A DNA stretch of 64,000 nucleotides from an uncultured Nitrospiraceae bacterium. GTDB lineage: Bacteria > Nitrospirota > Thermodesulfovibrionia > Thermodesulfovibrionales > Dissulfurispiraceae. Positions within the stretch are counted from its first letter, which is position 1; each line of letters begins with the position of its first letter. The notes beneath the pieces were generated by a model. It searched no databases, was not told where the DNA came from, and was given only the letters and a program-made list of their open reading frames with translations. Shown in pieces: positions 18,858 through 29,406 of this stretch. The stretch spans positions 1,248,001 to 1,312,000 of the forward strand of contig CAVSHF010000003.1 of NCBI GenBank assembly GCA_963727805.1. Direction: 5' to 3'. Both the position numbers and the translations under genes were made by a program.

Positions 18858-21575
18858 ATGGCAACGATATACATAGAAAATAAGCCTTACGATGTCAGGG
18901 AAGGAAGGAACCTACTGGAGGCATGCCTCGATCTCGGCTTCGACATTCCCTACTTTTGCTGGCATCCGGCCCTCGGGTCAGTGGGCGCATGCAGGCAGTG
19001 CGCCCTGAAGCTCTTCCACGATGATAAAGATACGAAGGGCAATATCATTATGTCCTGCATGACCCAGGTAAAAAACGGAATGCGCATCTCCATCGACGAT
19101 CCAGAGGTAGTGCAGTTCAGGCGGAGCTGCATCGAGTGGCTCATGCTCAACCATCCCCACGACTGTCCCGTCTGCGACGAAGGAGGTGAATGCCATCTCC
19201 AAGACATGACGGTGATGACTGGGCACGTTTACCGAAAAACACGTTTCAGGAAACGCACGCATCAAAATCAGTATCTCGGCCCTTTCTTAACCCATGAGAT
19301 GAACCGCTGCATACAATGTTACCGCTGCGTCAGGTTTTACTGCGATTATGCGGGAGGCCGTGATCTCAATGTATTTTCAGCACATGATCATGTCTATTTC
19401 GGGCGCTACCAAGATGGCATACTTGAAAGCGAATTCAGCGGCAATCTTGTCGAGATCTGCCCCACCGGTGTTTTCACCGACAAGACCCTCAAGGAGCACT
19501 ACACCAGGAAATGGGATCTCCAGACAGCACCATCAATATGCGGCCATTGCGCTCTCGGATGCAACACCCTCCCTGGCGAAAGGTACGGATCTGTCAGGAG
19601 AGTGCAAAACAGGTTCAACAGCAGGGTGAATGGGAACTTCCTATGCGACAGGGGCAGATTCGGCTATGCCTTCGTCAACAGCCCTGACAGAATCAGGAAG
19701 CCGGTCATGCGAAGTATCGGAGGAGACCTGAAGGAGGCGTCACAGGAAGACGTGCGGGATTACTTAAGAAGCTTATTCCATTTCGGCGCGCACGCTGTCG
19801 GCATTGGTTCTCCGAGAGCATCCCTCGAAGCCAATTTTGCACTTCGCACCCTTGTTGGTCCCGAATCATTTTACTTGGGGATGTCATCTGCGGATTACCG
19901 TTTGGTGTCCCTCATAACCGATATACTGAGTAAAGGACCGGCTGTAACTCCATCATTGGAAGACATGAGAAATTCGGATGCTGTGCTGATACTTGGGGAA
20001 GACGTCACCAACACCGCTCCGCTCGCAGACCTGGCCCTGCGACGTGCCGTGCGTCAGCAACCTATGAAAAAAATGGACGCGGGTGGCATCCCCCGTTGGA
20101 ACAACCTGGCCGTTAGTTATGTCACGCAGGACGAAAAAGGGCCTCTATTCGTCGTGTCGCCTGCGCGCACAAAACTCGACGACATAGCAACAGCCACGTA
20201 TCGGGCCGCCCCCAATGATCTAGCCCGATTCGGTTTTGCTATCGCCCATGCACTGCACAACGAAGCCCCGCAGGCCGGAGAATTTTCCGAAGGTGATCTT
20301 TCTCTGATCAATGATATCGCAACTGCGCTCAAGAAGGCAGACAGACCGCTGATCGTCTCCGGCACAGGATGCAGGAGCGAGGCGGTAATCCAAGCCGCAG
20401 CCAATATCGCGTGGGCGCTGAACGCGACAAACCATCGAGCAGGACTGTGTTACGTCGTACCCGAATGCAACTCACTTGGTCTTATGCTCATGGGAGGCAT
20501 CAGCATCGAAGAGGTCTTTACAACGGATATTTCGCATGCTGAAACGCTTGTCATACTTGAACGTGATCTATATAAGCTTGCAGAGAAGCGCAGCGTCGAC
20601 GCCTTCCTTGCGAAATTTAGACATGTAATCCTTCTAGATTGCCTGCCCTCTGAGACTGCATCAAGGGTTGAACTCCTGCTGCCTTCAGCTACCTTCACCG
20701 AAGGAGACGGCACCCTTGTAAACAATGAAGGACGCGCGCAGCGCTTCTATCGTGTATTTGCGTCATCCGATATGGTGCGTGACAGTTGGAGCTGGATAAT
20801 CGATATGTTAAAAGCAGCTGGGAATCCTTATGCGGCAACATGGAGCACGATTGATGATATCAATAAATCTATGGCAGAAGACGTTCCGATATTTTGCACT
20901 ATTCCTGAGATCGCGCCACCGGCCGGCTTCAGAATAAGCGGGATGAAGGTCCCCCGCCAGCCGCACCGCTACAGCGGCCGGACTGCGATGCATGCGGATA
21001 TCAGCGTGCACGAACCGAAACCTACGGATGATCCCGACTCGCCCTTGGCCTTTACGATGGAAGGATACGAGAATTTGCCTCCACCTTCACTCATAACGCG
21101 CTACTGGACTCCGGGATGGAACTCAGTTCAGTCCCTGAGCAAATTCCAGGACGAAATCGGAGGGGCTCTGCGTGGCGGGGATCCCGGCATCCGACTGATC
21201 GAGCCTCATGAAGAAGCGGACCCGCAATATTTCCCGAAGGTACCCGCACCTTCGGGTCATAAAGCGAAGGAGTGGACTGTAGTCCCTCTCTATCATATCT
21301 TCGGATCAGAGGAACGGAGCATGCTCTCTCCGGCCATCGCCGAGCTTGCGCCGCGACCTTATTTGGCACTCAACTCGGAAGATATGAAGCATCTGAAGGT
21401 TGCAGAAGAAGATATGGTCACGCTGACATGGAATGAAGAAAGATTGTACCTCCCGGTCAAGCGCGAGGATTCCCTGACGAAAGGCGTTGCTGGCTTACCG
21501 TTCGGTTTGCCGAAGATGAAGTGGATCGATTTCGATGCAAGGTACAGAATGACACCAATGGAGCAAAAGCAATAA
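18858..21575 (+). CDS. nuoG: NADH-quinone oxidoreductase subunit G (long type with N7 motif)
   Basis: FCWHP..GACRQC, HPHDCPVCDEGGECHLQ, RCIQCYRC, CGHCALGC..CDRGR. Confidence 0.96.
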   Translation: MATIYIENKPYDVREGRNLLEACLDLGFDIPYFCWHPALGSVGACRQCALKLFHDDKDTKGNIIMSCMTQVKNGMRISIDDPEVVQFRRSCIEWLMLNHPHDCPVCDEGGECHLQDMTVMTGHVYRKTRFRKRTHQNQYLGPFLTHEMNRCIQCYRCVRFYCDYAGGRDLNVFSAHDHVYFGRYQDGILESEFSGNLVEICPTGVFTDKTLKEHYTRKWDLQTAPSICGHCALGCNTLPGERYGSVRRVQNRFNSRVNGNFLCDRGRFGYAFVNSPDRIRKPVMRSIGGDLKEASQEDVRDYLRSLFHFGAHAVGIGSPRASLEANFALRTLVGPESFYLGMSSADYRLVSLITDILSKGPAVTPSLEDMRNSDAVLILGEDVTNTAPLADLALRRAVRQQPMKKMDAGGIPRWNNLAVSYVTQDEKGPLFVVSPARTKLDDIATATYRAAPNDLARFGFAIAHALHNEAPQAGEFSEGDLSLINDIATALKKADRPLIVSGTGCRSEAVIQAAANIAWALNATNHRAGLCYVVPECNSLGLMLMGGISIEEVFTTDISHAETLVILERDLYKLAEKRSVDAFLAKFRHVILLDCLPSETASRVELLLPSATFTEGDGTLVNNEGRAQRFYRVFASSDMVRDSWSWIIDMLKAAGNPYAATWSTIDDINKSMAEDVPIFCTIPEIAPPAGFRISGMKVPRQPHRYSGRTAMHADISVHEPKPTDDPDSPLAFTMEGYENLPPPSLITRYWTPGWNSVQSLSKFQDEIGGALRGGDPGIRLIEPHEEADPQYFPKVPAPSGHKAKEWTVVPLYHIFGSEERSMLSPAIAELAPRPYLALNSEDMKHLKVAEEDMVTLTWNEERLYLPVKREDSLTKGVAGLPFGLPKMKWIDFDARYRMTPMEQKQ

Positions 21576-22525
21576 TGAACATAATCATCGGCATAATCAT
21601 TCCGCTGGGTGTCCTTTTTTCCGTGCTGATAACCGCAGCGGGACTAATCTGGCTTGAAAGACGGCTCCTAGCCTTCTGGCAGGACCGATACGGCCCTAAC
21701 CGAGTCGGCACATACGGTCTACTTCAACCGCTGGCGGACGCGATCAAGCTGATGTTCAAGGAAGACTGGATTCCCCCCTTCTCCGACAAGCCAGTATTCA
21801 TACTCGCTCCGATTGTTATTGTGATAACCGTCATCCTTGCTTTTGCAGTTATACCCTTTGCGCCGGGTATCATTATTGCGGACCTCAACATTGGACTTCT
21901 CTTTTTCCTGGGCATGTCATCATTGGGCGTTTACAGCGTAGTCCTGGGTGGCTGGTCATCGAACAGCAAATACTCTCTTTTAGGCAGCCTGAGGGCCTCA
22001 GCTCAAATGCTCAGTTATGAGGTATGTATGGGCATCTCCGTTATGGGTGTCGTGATGATGACTGGCTCCTTCAATCTCGTCGATATTGTCGAGGCACAGA
22101 GGATTGGATGGTACGGTGTCCCACAGTTTTTGGGGATGGTGATCTTCATCATCGCCGGCCTCGCTGAAACACGACGTCTTCCCTTCGACCTGCCCGAGGC
22201 TGAGAGTGAACTCGTAGCAGGTTTTCATACGGAGTACTCGGGAATGAAGTTCGGACTCTTCTTTGTCGGAGAATATATCGGCATCACTCTGGTTTCGGCA
22301 ATGATCGTAACGCTCTATTTCGGTGGATGGCTCGGGCCATTTTTGCCTCCTATCATCTGGTTTTTGATCAAAACGTTTCTGTTTATCTGCGGGTTTATCT
22401 TGATCAGGGCAGCGCTGCCAAGACCTCGATACGATCAGCTTATGTCTTACGGATGGAAAATATTACTACCTCTTGCGATGGTGAACCTGCTGATCACAGG
22501 TGCTTTCCTGTTGGGGCCAGTATAG
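21575..22525 (+). CDS. nuoH: NADH-quinone oxidoreductase subunit H
   Basis: QDRYGPNRVG, ADAIKLMFKE, RLPFDLPEAESELVAG, PRPRYDQ. Confidence 0.96.
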   Translation: MNIIIGIIIPLGVLFSVLITAAGLIWLERRLLAFWQDRYGPNRVGTYGLLQPLADAIKLMFKEDWIPPFSDKPVFILAPIVIVITVILAFAVIPFAPGIIIADLNIGLLFFLGMSSLGVYSVVLGGWSSNSKYSLLGSLRASAQMLSYEVCMGISVMGVVMMTGSFNLVDIVEAQRIGWYGVPQFLGMVIFIIAGLAETRRLPFDLPEAESELVAGFHTEYSGMKFGLFFVGEYIGITLVSAMIVTLYFGGWLGPFLPPIIWFLIKTFLFICGFILIRAALPRPRYDQLMSYGWKILLPLAMVNLLITGAFLLGPV

Positions 22526-22549
22526 GGGCGGTTCGAGAACCTTCCCAAC
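22522..22549. repeat. Degenerate GTAG-family REP-like palindrome
   Basis: ATAGGGGCGGTTCGAGAACCTTCCCAAC, 23/28 identical to the perfect palindrome GTAGGGGCGGTTCGCGAACCGCCCCTAC; supplies the nuoH TAG. Confidence 0.6.
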
Positions 22550-22569
22550 TGTAATATTGAAAGGAAAAT

Positions 22570-23085
22570 ATGATCGGTACTTTAAGAAGCATCTGGAATG
22601 TATTCCTTCATCTCTTCAGAAAGAAGGAGACTATACTCTATCCTGAAGAGAAGCCTTACTTGCCTCCGCGTTGGAGGGGCCGTATTATTCTTTCGAGGGA
22701 TCCCGGCGGCGGAGAACGCTGCGTAGCCTGCTACCTTTGCGCTGCCGCATGTCCGGTTGACTGCATATCTTTACAAGCCACTGAGGACCAATATGGCAGA
22801 AGGTACCCGGAGTTCTTCCGAATCAATTTTTCACGCTGCATCTTCTGCGGTTTCTGCGAGGAGGCATGCCCGACCTATGCTATACAGCTAACTCCAGACT
22901 TCGAGATGGCGGAGTACCGGCGTGAGAACCTTGTATACGAAAAGGAGGACCTTCTGATTAGCGGTCCCGGTAAATATCCTGAATATAGTTACTACAAAGT
23001 CGCCGGGACATCAATAGCAGGCAAAAAAAAAGGCGAGGCGGAGAACGAGGGTCCGCCTGTGGATGTACACTCGTTGATGCCATGA
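22570..23085 (+). CDS. nuoI: NADH-quinone oxidoreductase subunit I
   Basis: [12 protein letters not shown] and [12 protein letters not shown]. Confidence 0.96.
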   Translation: MIGTLRSIWNVFLHLFRKKETILYPEEKPYLPPRWRGRIILSRDPGGGERCVACYLCAAACPVDCISLQATEDQYGRRYPEFFRINFSRCIFCGFCEEACPTYAIQLTPDFEMAEYRRENLVYEKEDLLISGPGKYPEYSYYKVAGTSIAGKKKGEAENEGPPVDVHSLMP

Positions 23086-23107
23086 AGGAAATGACGGAGG
23101 AACAGCG

Positions 23108-23635
23108 ATGATGTCGTTTTTTTATATTTCGGCTGCCGTGGCCCTGATATCCTCGGTCCTTGCGATCAGCAGGTCGAATGCAGTCCACGCATTGCTCTAT
23201 GCTATTGTATCACTCTTGTCGGTTGCGCTGGTGTTCTTTATCCTCGGGGCGCCCTTTGCTGCGGCCCTGGAAATGGTTATCTATGCGGGGGCGATCATGG
23301 TACTCTTCGTATTCGTCATCATGATGATCAGTGCTGGACCGGGAGCAAAGCAGCAGGAGAGGAACTGGATGAGCTTCCGAATATGGTTTGGGCCGTCCGT
23401 GCTTGCGACGGTCCTTATAGTTGAATTGTTGGCCATCATTTCGTATCCGCAATCACCGGTGACGGCAAATCCCGTTGTTGAATCTAAGCAGGTGGGCATA
23501 GCACTGATGGGCCCATATATACTCGGAGTCGAACTCTCGTCACTCCTGCTGACGGCCGGGCTTGTCGGTGCCTACCACCTCGGGAAGCGCAAGGGAGATG
23601 CTTCTCAGATAGAGGAGGTGCGACTTGATGACTAA
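23108..23635 (+). CDS. nuoJ: NADH-quinone oxidoreductase subunit J
   Basis: YAGAIMVLFVFVIMM; hydrophobic; synteny. Confidence 0.94.
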   Translation: MMSFFYISAAVALISSVLAISRSNAVHALLYAIVSLLSVALVFFILGAPFAAALEMVIYAGAIMVLFVFVIMMISAGPGAKQQERNWMSFRIWFGPSVLATVLIVELLAIISYPQSPVTANPVVESKQVGIALMGPYILGVELSSLLLTAGLVGAYHLGKRKGDASQIEEVRLDD

Positions 23636-23936
23636 CGTGCCTGCGGAATATGGTTTGATTTTAGCCGCGCTGCTCTTCGCTACAGGTCTCGCAGGAGTGC
23701 TTGCCAGACGCAACATAATCTTCATCCTCCTGTCCATCGAGATCATGCTGAATGCAGCGGGACTGGCGTTCATAGCCGCGGGTTCGAAATGGGGACAGCC
23801 TGACGGACAGATCATGTTCATTTTCATCCTGGTGATGGCCGCTGCCGAAGTATCTGTCGGACTCGCCATCGTACTGCAGTTGTTTCATCATATTAAAACG
23901 GTAAACAGCGACGAAGCCAATACTATGAGAGGATAA
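23628..23936 (+). CDS. nuoK: NADH-quinone oxidoreductase subunit K
   Basis: RRN...SIEIMLNA, AAAEVSVGLA. Confidence 0.95.
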   Translation: MTNVPAEYGLILAALLFATGLAGVLARRNIIFILLSIEIMLNAAGLAFIAAGSKWGQPDGQIMFIFILVMAAAEVSVGLAIVLQLFHHIKTVNSDEANTMRG

Positions 23937-25826
23937 ATGCTCTTACAGCTCTGGTTGATACCTGCTCTTCCTTTTGCGGGATTCGTCATCCTTGCCCTCT
24001 TGGGAGCTAGGATGCAACGGCCTTTTGTTGCGGCCATAGGCGCGGGCTTCGTCGGGGTCTCCGCTCTTGTCGCGCTGGCCATAGCGATATCCTTCATGGC
24101 TGCGCCTCCTGCAGGTCAAATCTACACTCAGCACTTGTGGCAATGGATCGATGTTGATGGGTTCAGGCCTGATATCTCTTTGTCTCTCGATGCTCTCTCT
24201 CTGGTGATGATCCTCGTTATCACTGTCGTGGGCTTCCTGATTCACCTTTATTCAACTGAGTCCATGTCTGGTGAGGAGGGCTACAGCCGGTTCTTCGCTT
24301 ACATGAATCTATTTGTTGGTTCGATGCTAACGCTAGTCCTGGCGGATAACCTGCTTCTGCTCTATCTGGGGTGGGAAGGCGTCGGGCTTTGCAGCTACCT
24401 CCTGATCGGCTTCTGGTATACAGACCCTGCCAATGGACGTGCTGCAATGAAGGCCTTCATCGTAACTCGAGTCGGTGATGCAGCCATGGCGATCGGCCTC
24501 TTCATTCTCTATCAAAACCTCGCCACTCTCCAGATTCATGAAGTACTGATCAGGGCAGTAGAGCAATGGCCCTCAGGCTCCACTCTTGCAATCACAGCGG
24601 CGGCCCTTCTTCTCGGTGGCGCGGTTGGTAAATCAGCTCAGATTCCGCTCCAGACGTGGCTGCCGGACGCGATGGCAGGACCCACTCCGGTGAGCGCCCT
24701 CATACATGCGGCTACGATGGTAACGGCCGGTGTATACCTGATAGCTCGGACCCATGTACTATTTACCCTCGCCCCCCCTGTTGAACTTGCCGTGGCGGTA
24801 ATAGGCGCCGCAACACTGCTCCTTGCGGGTATCAGCGCTATAGTGCAGAGAGACATCAAGCGCGCGCTTGCCTACTCCACAATGAGCCAGATCGGCTATA
24901 TGTTCCTTGCCCTTGGCGTCGGGGCATGGTCCGCTGCGATCTTTCATTTCATGGTACATTCCTTTTTCAAGGCCCTACTCTTTTTGAGTGCAGGAGTTGT
25001 AATAGATGCCCTCCACCATGAAAGGGACATGTTCAAGATGGGGGAACTCCGCCGTAAGCTCCCTTTGGCCTTCTGGTGCTTCCTGATCGGGGCGAGTTCG
25101 CTCTCCGCGCTCCCGCTGATTACAGCAGGATTCTACAGCAAGGACCTGATACTCTGGAAGGCATTGTCTTCAACTCAGGGGAGCGGCTGGCTCTGGGCTG
25201 CGGGTTTGGCCGGGGCCCTGTTAACTTCTATATATGCCTTTCGCATGGTATTCCTCACCTTTTACGGAAAGGCGCATTCGGAAGCAGCAGGCAAAACGGG
25301 TTTACGGATAAAGGTACCCCTGATAACTCTTGCCGTCCTTTCACTGATCGGAGGATTTATCCAAGTGCCTGAGATACTCGGCGATATCCCGCTTTTTTCG
25401 GAAATCGTAACAACCGCTCTGCCTGCGACAACGACCATCCCGGTTGCGATGTCCGAGAGCACCATGCAATACATCTCGGCGTTCGTATCACTCTTTGGCG
25501 TATTCATAGCCTACATCTTCTTCCTCTACAATCCGCTTTATGCGAGAAACTTCCTCTCCAAACCCTTTGGATACGCGCTTCATTGCTTCCTTTACGGCGG
25601 ATGGAACTTTGACCGCCTGTACGAAGTCCTTTTTGTCCATCCCTTTGTCTGGACGGCCCGGGCCAACAAACGCGATATCGTCGACCGGTTTTACCAGCTC
25701 GTCGCCTTGCTCAACATGGTTTTGAACCGACTGCTGAGCACATCCCAGAGCGGCCTTGTCCGAAGATACGCCTTCGGCATCGCCCTCGGAGCGATAATAA
25801 TCATAGGCGCGGTGGTCCTGAGATGA
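23937..25826 (+). CDS. nuoL: NADH-quinone oxidoreductase subunit L
   Basis: GWEGVGLCSY, GKSAQIPLQTWLPDAMAGPTPVSALIHAATMV. Confidence 0.96.
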   Translation: MLLQLWLIPALPFAGFVILALLGARMQRPFVAAIGAGFVGVSALVALAIAISFMAAPPAGQIYTQHLWQWIDVDGFRPDISLSLDALSLVMILVITVVGFLIHLYSTESMSGEEGYSRFFAYMNLFVGSMLTLVLADNLLLLYLGWEGVGLCSYLLIGFWYTDPANGRAAMKAFIVTRVGDAAMAIGLFILYQNLATLQIHEVLIRAVEQWPSGSTLAITAAALLLGGAVGKSAQIPLQTWLPDAMAGPTPVSALIHAATMVTAGVYLIARTHVLFTLAPPVELAVAVIGAATLLLAGISAIVQRDIKRALAYSTMSQIGYMFLALGVGAWSAAIFHFMVHSFFKALLFLSAGVVIDALHHERDMFKMGELRRKLPLAFWCFLIGASSLSALPLITAGFYSKDLILWKALSSTQGSGWLWAAGLAGALLTSIYAFRMVFLTFYGKAHSEAAGKTGLRIKVPLITLAVLSLIGGFIQVPEILGDIPLFSEIVTTALPATTTIPVAMSESTMQYISAFVSLFGVFIAYIFFLYNPLYARNFLSKPFGYALHCFLYGGWNFDRLYEVLFVHPFVWTARANKRDIVDRFYQLVALLNMVLNRLLSTSQSGLVRRYAFGIALGAIIIIGAVVLR

Positions 25827-27370
25827 TACTGATTTTTCTTATAGCCATTCCTCTCATCGGGGGCATCCTCTCCTGGCTTTCTACGCGCTTTCATCGCAGG
25901 GCGCCCTTCTGGATATCTCTGACAACCCTTACCGCTAATCTTGCTATCGCGCTTTGGATATGGATAACCTGGGCGGCCGTGACAGTTTCTGGAGGGATGC
26001 AGGACCAGTGGATTGTCGATTTCAAATATCCCTGGATCCCCAATCTCGGAATCGGGATTCACCTTGCACTTGATGGACTCAGTCTGGTCCTCATAACTCT
26101 CACTGCTTTGCTCGGTATCGTAGCACTCATTTCATCCTGGTCCGAGATCAGGGAGCGCATAGGCTTTTTCCATGCCAATATGATGTTCATAATCGCTGGG
26201 ATACTCGGTGTCTTTCTGTCGCTCGATCTCTTTCTCTTCTACTTCTTCTGGGAGCTGATGCTCGTACCGATGTATTTCCTCATTGGCATCTGGGGCCATG
26301 AAAACCGCATCTATGCAGCGACGAAATTCTTTATATTCACGCAGGCGGGCGGACTGCTGATGCTTGTCTCGATCTTGGGGCTCTATTTTATCCATGCCCG
26401 GACAACGGGCGTTTATACATTCGACTATTTCCAGTTGCTCGGCACTGCCCTTTCGACTTCTGAAGGCCTCTGGCTCATGTTGGGGTTTGCCATCGCCTTT
26501 GCCGTCAAACTGCCTGCCGTGCCCTTTCATCCGTGGCTTGCTGATGCACATACCGAGGCACCTACTGCGGGAAGCATAATCCTTGCGGGACTCCTGCTGA
26601 AAACGGGGGCTTATGGGTTCCTGAGATTCGTGCTCCCTCTCTTCCCCGAAGCATCTTCGGTCATCGCTTTACCCGCGATGCTTGTGGGTACGGTATCGAT
26701 ACTCTACGGCGCCACCCTCGCCTTCTCTCAGACCGACTTCAAAAGACTCATAGCTTACACAAGCGTTAGTCACATGGGTTTTGTGCTCCTCGGCATCTTC
26801 GCCTTCAATGGACTCGCCCTGCATGGAGTGGTCATGCAAATGGTAGCGCACGGTATCAGCACCGGAATGCTCTTTTTCATCGCAGGTGCGCTCCAGGAGC
26901 GGATGCACACGCGGGACATGACCCTCATGGGCGGGATGTGGTCGACCGCACCTCGCATGGGCGCTGTGGCACTCATATTCGCCGTCGCCTCGCTCGGCCT
27001 ACCGGGAATGGGTAATTTCGTAGGTGAATTTCTTGTGCTGCTGGGCTCCTATAAAGCTGATGCTGTGATTACGGCGATAGCGACAACGGGGCTCATCGCC
27101 GCTACAGTTTACGCTGTCTGGATGATGCATGTGACGTTTTTCAGCGATGCAAAGACGCCTTGTAAATTTCCAGACTTCTCGATTCGTGAGATGATGGTAG
27201 CGACGGTGATGATCATCGCCATAATCGGGATCGGTCTCTATCCGCAGCCTGTGCTTGATGCTGCAAAGGATTCTATGAACAGCCTGCAAAGAACCATGGA
27301 GGGCGCTAAATTTTCGATTAATCATGAAGATCATAAGACCTCAGTCGCTGAAACGGTAGGCAGCCGATGA
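25823..27370 (+). CDS. nuoM: NADH-quinone oxidoreductase subunit M
   Basis: FYFFWE, KLPAVPFHPWLADAHTEAP, LGLPGMGNFVGE. Confidence 0.96.
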   Translation: MILIFLIAIPLIGGILSWLSTRFHRRAPFWISLTTLTANLAIALWIWITWAAVTVSGGMQDQWIVDFKYPWIPNLGIGIHLALDGLSLVLITLTALLGIVALISSWSEIRERIGFFHANMMFIIAGILGVFLSLDLFLFYFFWELMLVPMYFLIGIWGHENRIYAATKFFIFTQAGGLLMLVSILGLYFIHARTTGVYTFDYFQLLGTALSTSEGLWLMLGFAIAFAVKLPAVPFHPWLADAHTEAPTAGSIILAGLLLKTGAYGFLRFVLPLFPEASSVIALPAMLVGTVSILYGATLAFSQTDFKRLIAYTSVSHMGFVLLGIFAFNGLALHGVVMQMVAHGISTGMLFFIAGALQERMHTRDMTLMGGMWSTAPRMGAVALIFAVASLGLPGMGNFVGEFLVLLGSYKADAVITAIATTGLIAATVYAVWMMHVTFFSDAKTPCKFPDFSIREMMVATVMIIAIIGIGLYPQPVLDAAKDSMNSLQRTMEGAKFSINHEDHKTSVAETVGSR

Positions 27371-28803
27371 CCCCGAATGATCTCATGGCCTTGCTGCCGC
27401 TGATGGTTCTCTCTTCGACCACGATCACCGTCATGCTCGGCATCGCAGCCTCCCGCAGTCACAGCTTCACCGCGACACTCGCCCTCTTCGGCATTTATTT
27501 GTCATTCCTGTCTCTTGCCCTTGCTTATTCAGAAGCGCCTCGCCAAGTTACTCCTTTGATCGTGGTAGACAATTTTGCACTCCTATATATGGCCCTCATA
27601 CTCTTATCCGGCTTTATTACCGCTGTTCTTTCCTTCGGATATCTAAATAAGCTTCAAATCAATCGCGAAGAATTCTATCTGCTTCTTCTCCTTGCGTTGC
27701 TTGGTGCTATGGTTCTGGTCTGCAGCTGCCACTTCGCTTCATTCTTTCTTGGGCTGGAGATCCTAAGCGTCAGCCTGTATACGCTCATCGCATATCCCAA
27801 GAGTCGGATTAAACACGTCGAAGCGGGGATGAAATATCTGGTATTAGCTGCAGTATCGTCGGCATTCCTGCTATTCGGCATGGCGCTGATATATGCCGAT
27901 TCAGGCTCCATGATGCTTTCGGTCATAGCATCTAAAGCAGCACATAATGCCCATTATACCTTGTCCTTCACAGCTGGTCTAGTACTGATGCTTGTCGGGA
28001 TCGGCTTCAAACTGGCGCTCGTGCCGTTCCACATGTGGACGCCCGACGTGTATGAAGGAGCGCCCGCGCCCGTGGCTGCATTTATCGCGACGGTTTCCAA
28101 GGGCGCGGTATTTGCTCTTCTGCTCAGGTATTTCGCTCAAACCGATTTCTTGAAATCTGATACACTGTTCCTTGTATTTGGATTCATTTCATTCGTTTCC
28201 ATGGTTGCCGGAAATCTTCTCGCACTGTTCCAGAACAATATCAAAAGGGTTCTTGCATATTCGTCCATTGCTCACATGGGCTACGTGCTCGTCGCGTTCC
28301 TGGCAGGCGGCGCGCTCGCAACACAGGTTGTGTCTTTTTATCTCGTAACCTATTTCGTGACGACCTTCGGTGCTTTTGGCATCATCACTCTGTTATCGGA
28401 TTCTAAGAAAGATGCTGACGATATTGAGGATTACCGAGGAATGGCATGGCACCGTCCTTTTCTCACCGCTGCCTTTACAGCCATGATCTTCTCACTGGCG
28501 GGGATTCCCCTGACCGCAGGATTTATCGGTAAGTTTTACCTCATCTCCGCCGGTGCATCGTCGGAGTTATGGGTGCTCATAGTCACTCTAGCACTGAGCA
28601 GCGTCATAGGGCTATTCTATTATCTCCGTATTATCTTCAGCCTCTATGCGCGGCCCTCTGGAGATCAAATGCCTTCCCTCCCCCTTATCTCCATTACCGG
28701 GAGTGTTTTCCTCGCAGTCCTCACGCTGCTTCTGTTATGGATTGGTATTTACCCCGACCCTCTGATGGAAGGGATCAAATCAGTGCTGGGACGATTTTCA
28801 TGA
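27367..28803 (+). CDS. nuoN: NADH-quinone oxidoreductase subunit N
   Basis: FKLALVPFHMWTPDVYEGAP, AYSSIAH, LAGIPLTAGFIGK. Confidence 0.96.
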   Translation: MTPNDLMALLPLMVLSSTTITVMLGIAASRSHSFTATLALFGIYLSFLSLALAYSEAPRQVTPLIVVDNFALLYMALILLSGFITAVLSFGYLNKLQINREEFYLLLLLALLGAMVLVCSCHFASFFLGLEILSVSLYTLIAYPKSRIKHVEAGMKYLVLAAVSSAFLLFGMALIYADSGSMMLSVIASKAAHNAHYTLSFTAGLVLMLVGIGFKLALVPFHMWTPDVYEGAPAPVAAFIATVSKGAVFALLLRYFAQTDFLKSDTLFLVFGFISFVSMVAGNLLALFQNNIKRVLAYSSIAHMGYVLVAFLAGGALATQVVSFYLVTYFVTTFGAFGIITLLSDSKKDADDIEDYRGMAWHRPFLTAAFTAMIFSLAGIPLTAGFIGKFYLISAGASSELWVLIVTLALSSVIGLFYYLRIIFSLYARPSGDQMPSLPLISITGSVFLAVLTLLLLWIGIYPDPLMEGIKSVLGRFS

Positions 28804-28845
28804 TGACTACGAAGATGACCGTCAGTGGAAAAAAGGAGAGACGTG

Positions 28846-29394
28846 ATGAATGAATGCAGAGAATGCCCGTCCCCTGAAAATATGGGGACAAAAATCGCGA
28901 CGACTCGCCGCCGATTTCTTGAGGCAATGATAGCCATTGCTACATTGCTTATTAGTGCGATACTTGGCGTCCCCTTCATCGGTTCGCTGATGCGATCGCA
29001 AGCCAGTGCTCAAAAAGAGAAGTGGGTGAAGGTCGCCGATGTCCAATCGATTCCCGATGGCGAACCGCTACGATTGAATTTCATCCAGAGTGAAATGGAT
29101 GCCTATCGAGAACAAGAAACGGTACATTCAGTCTGGATCGTCAAACATTCCCCGTCTGAAATAGCAGTCTATTCCCCCATCTGTCCTCATGCAGGATGCT
29201 ATTTCAACTGGAATGCACAGCGCAGGCTTTTTGAATGTCCGTGCCATGGGAGCGTGTTTAGGGTCGATGGCCCGGTCGTCTCGGGCCCTGCACCGCGCCA
29301 ACTGGACGCCCTTCCCGTCAAAGTAAAAAATGGCGCTTTATTTGTTATCTGGAAACGCTTCAAAGCGGGCATACCAGATAAAATTGCGGTCTAG
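28846..29394 (+). CDS. Rieske [2Fe-2S] subunit of a Rieske/cytochrome b complex
   Basis: TRRRFL Tat motif + TM helix; CPHAGC and CPCHGS boxes; AAGGAG RBS. Confidence 0.92.
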   Translation: MNECRECPSPENMGTKIATTRRRFLEAMIAIATLLISAILGVPFIGSLMRSQASAQKEKWVKVADVQSIPDGEPLRLNFIQSEMDAYREQETVHSVWIVKHSPSEIAVYSPICPHAGCYFNWNAQRRLFECPCHGSVFRVDGPVVSGPAPRQLDALPVKVKNGALFVIWKRFKAGIPDKIAV

Positions 29395-29406
29395 GGGAGG
29401 GATTGA

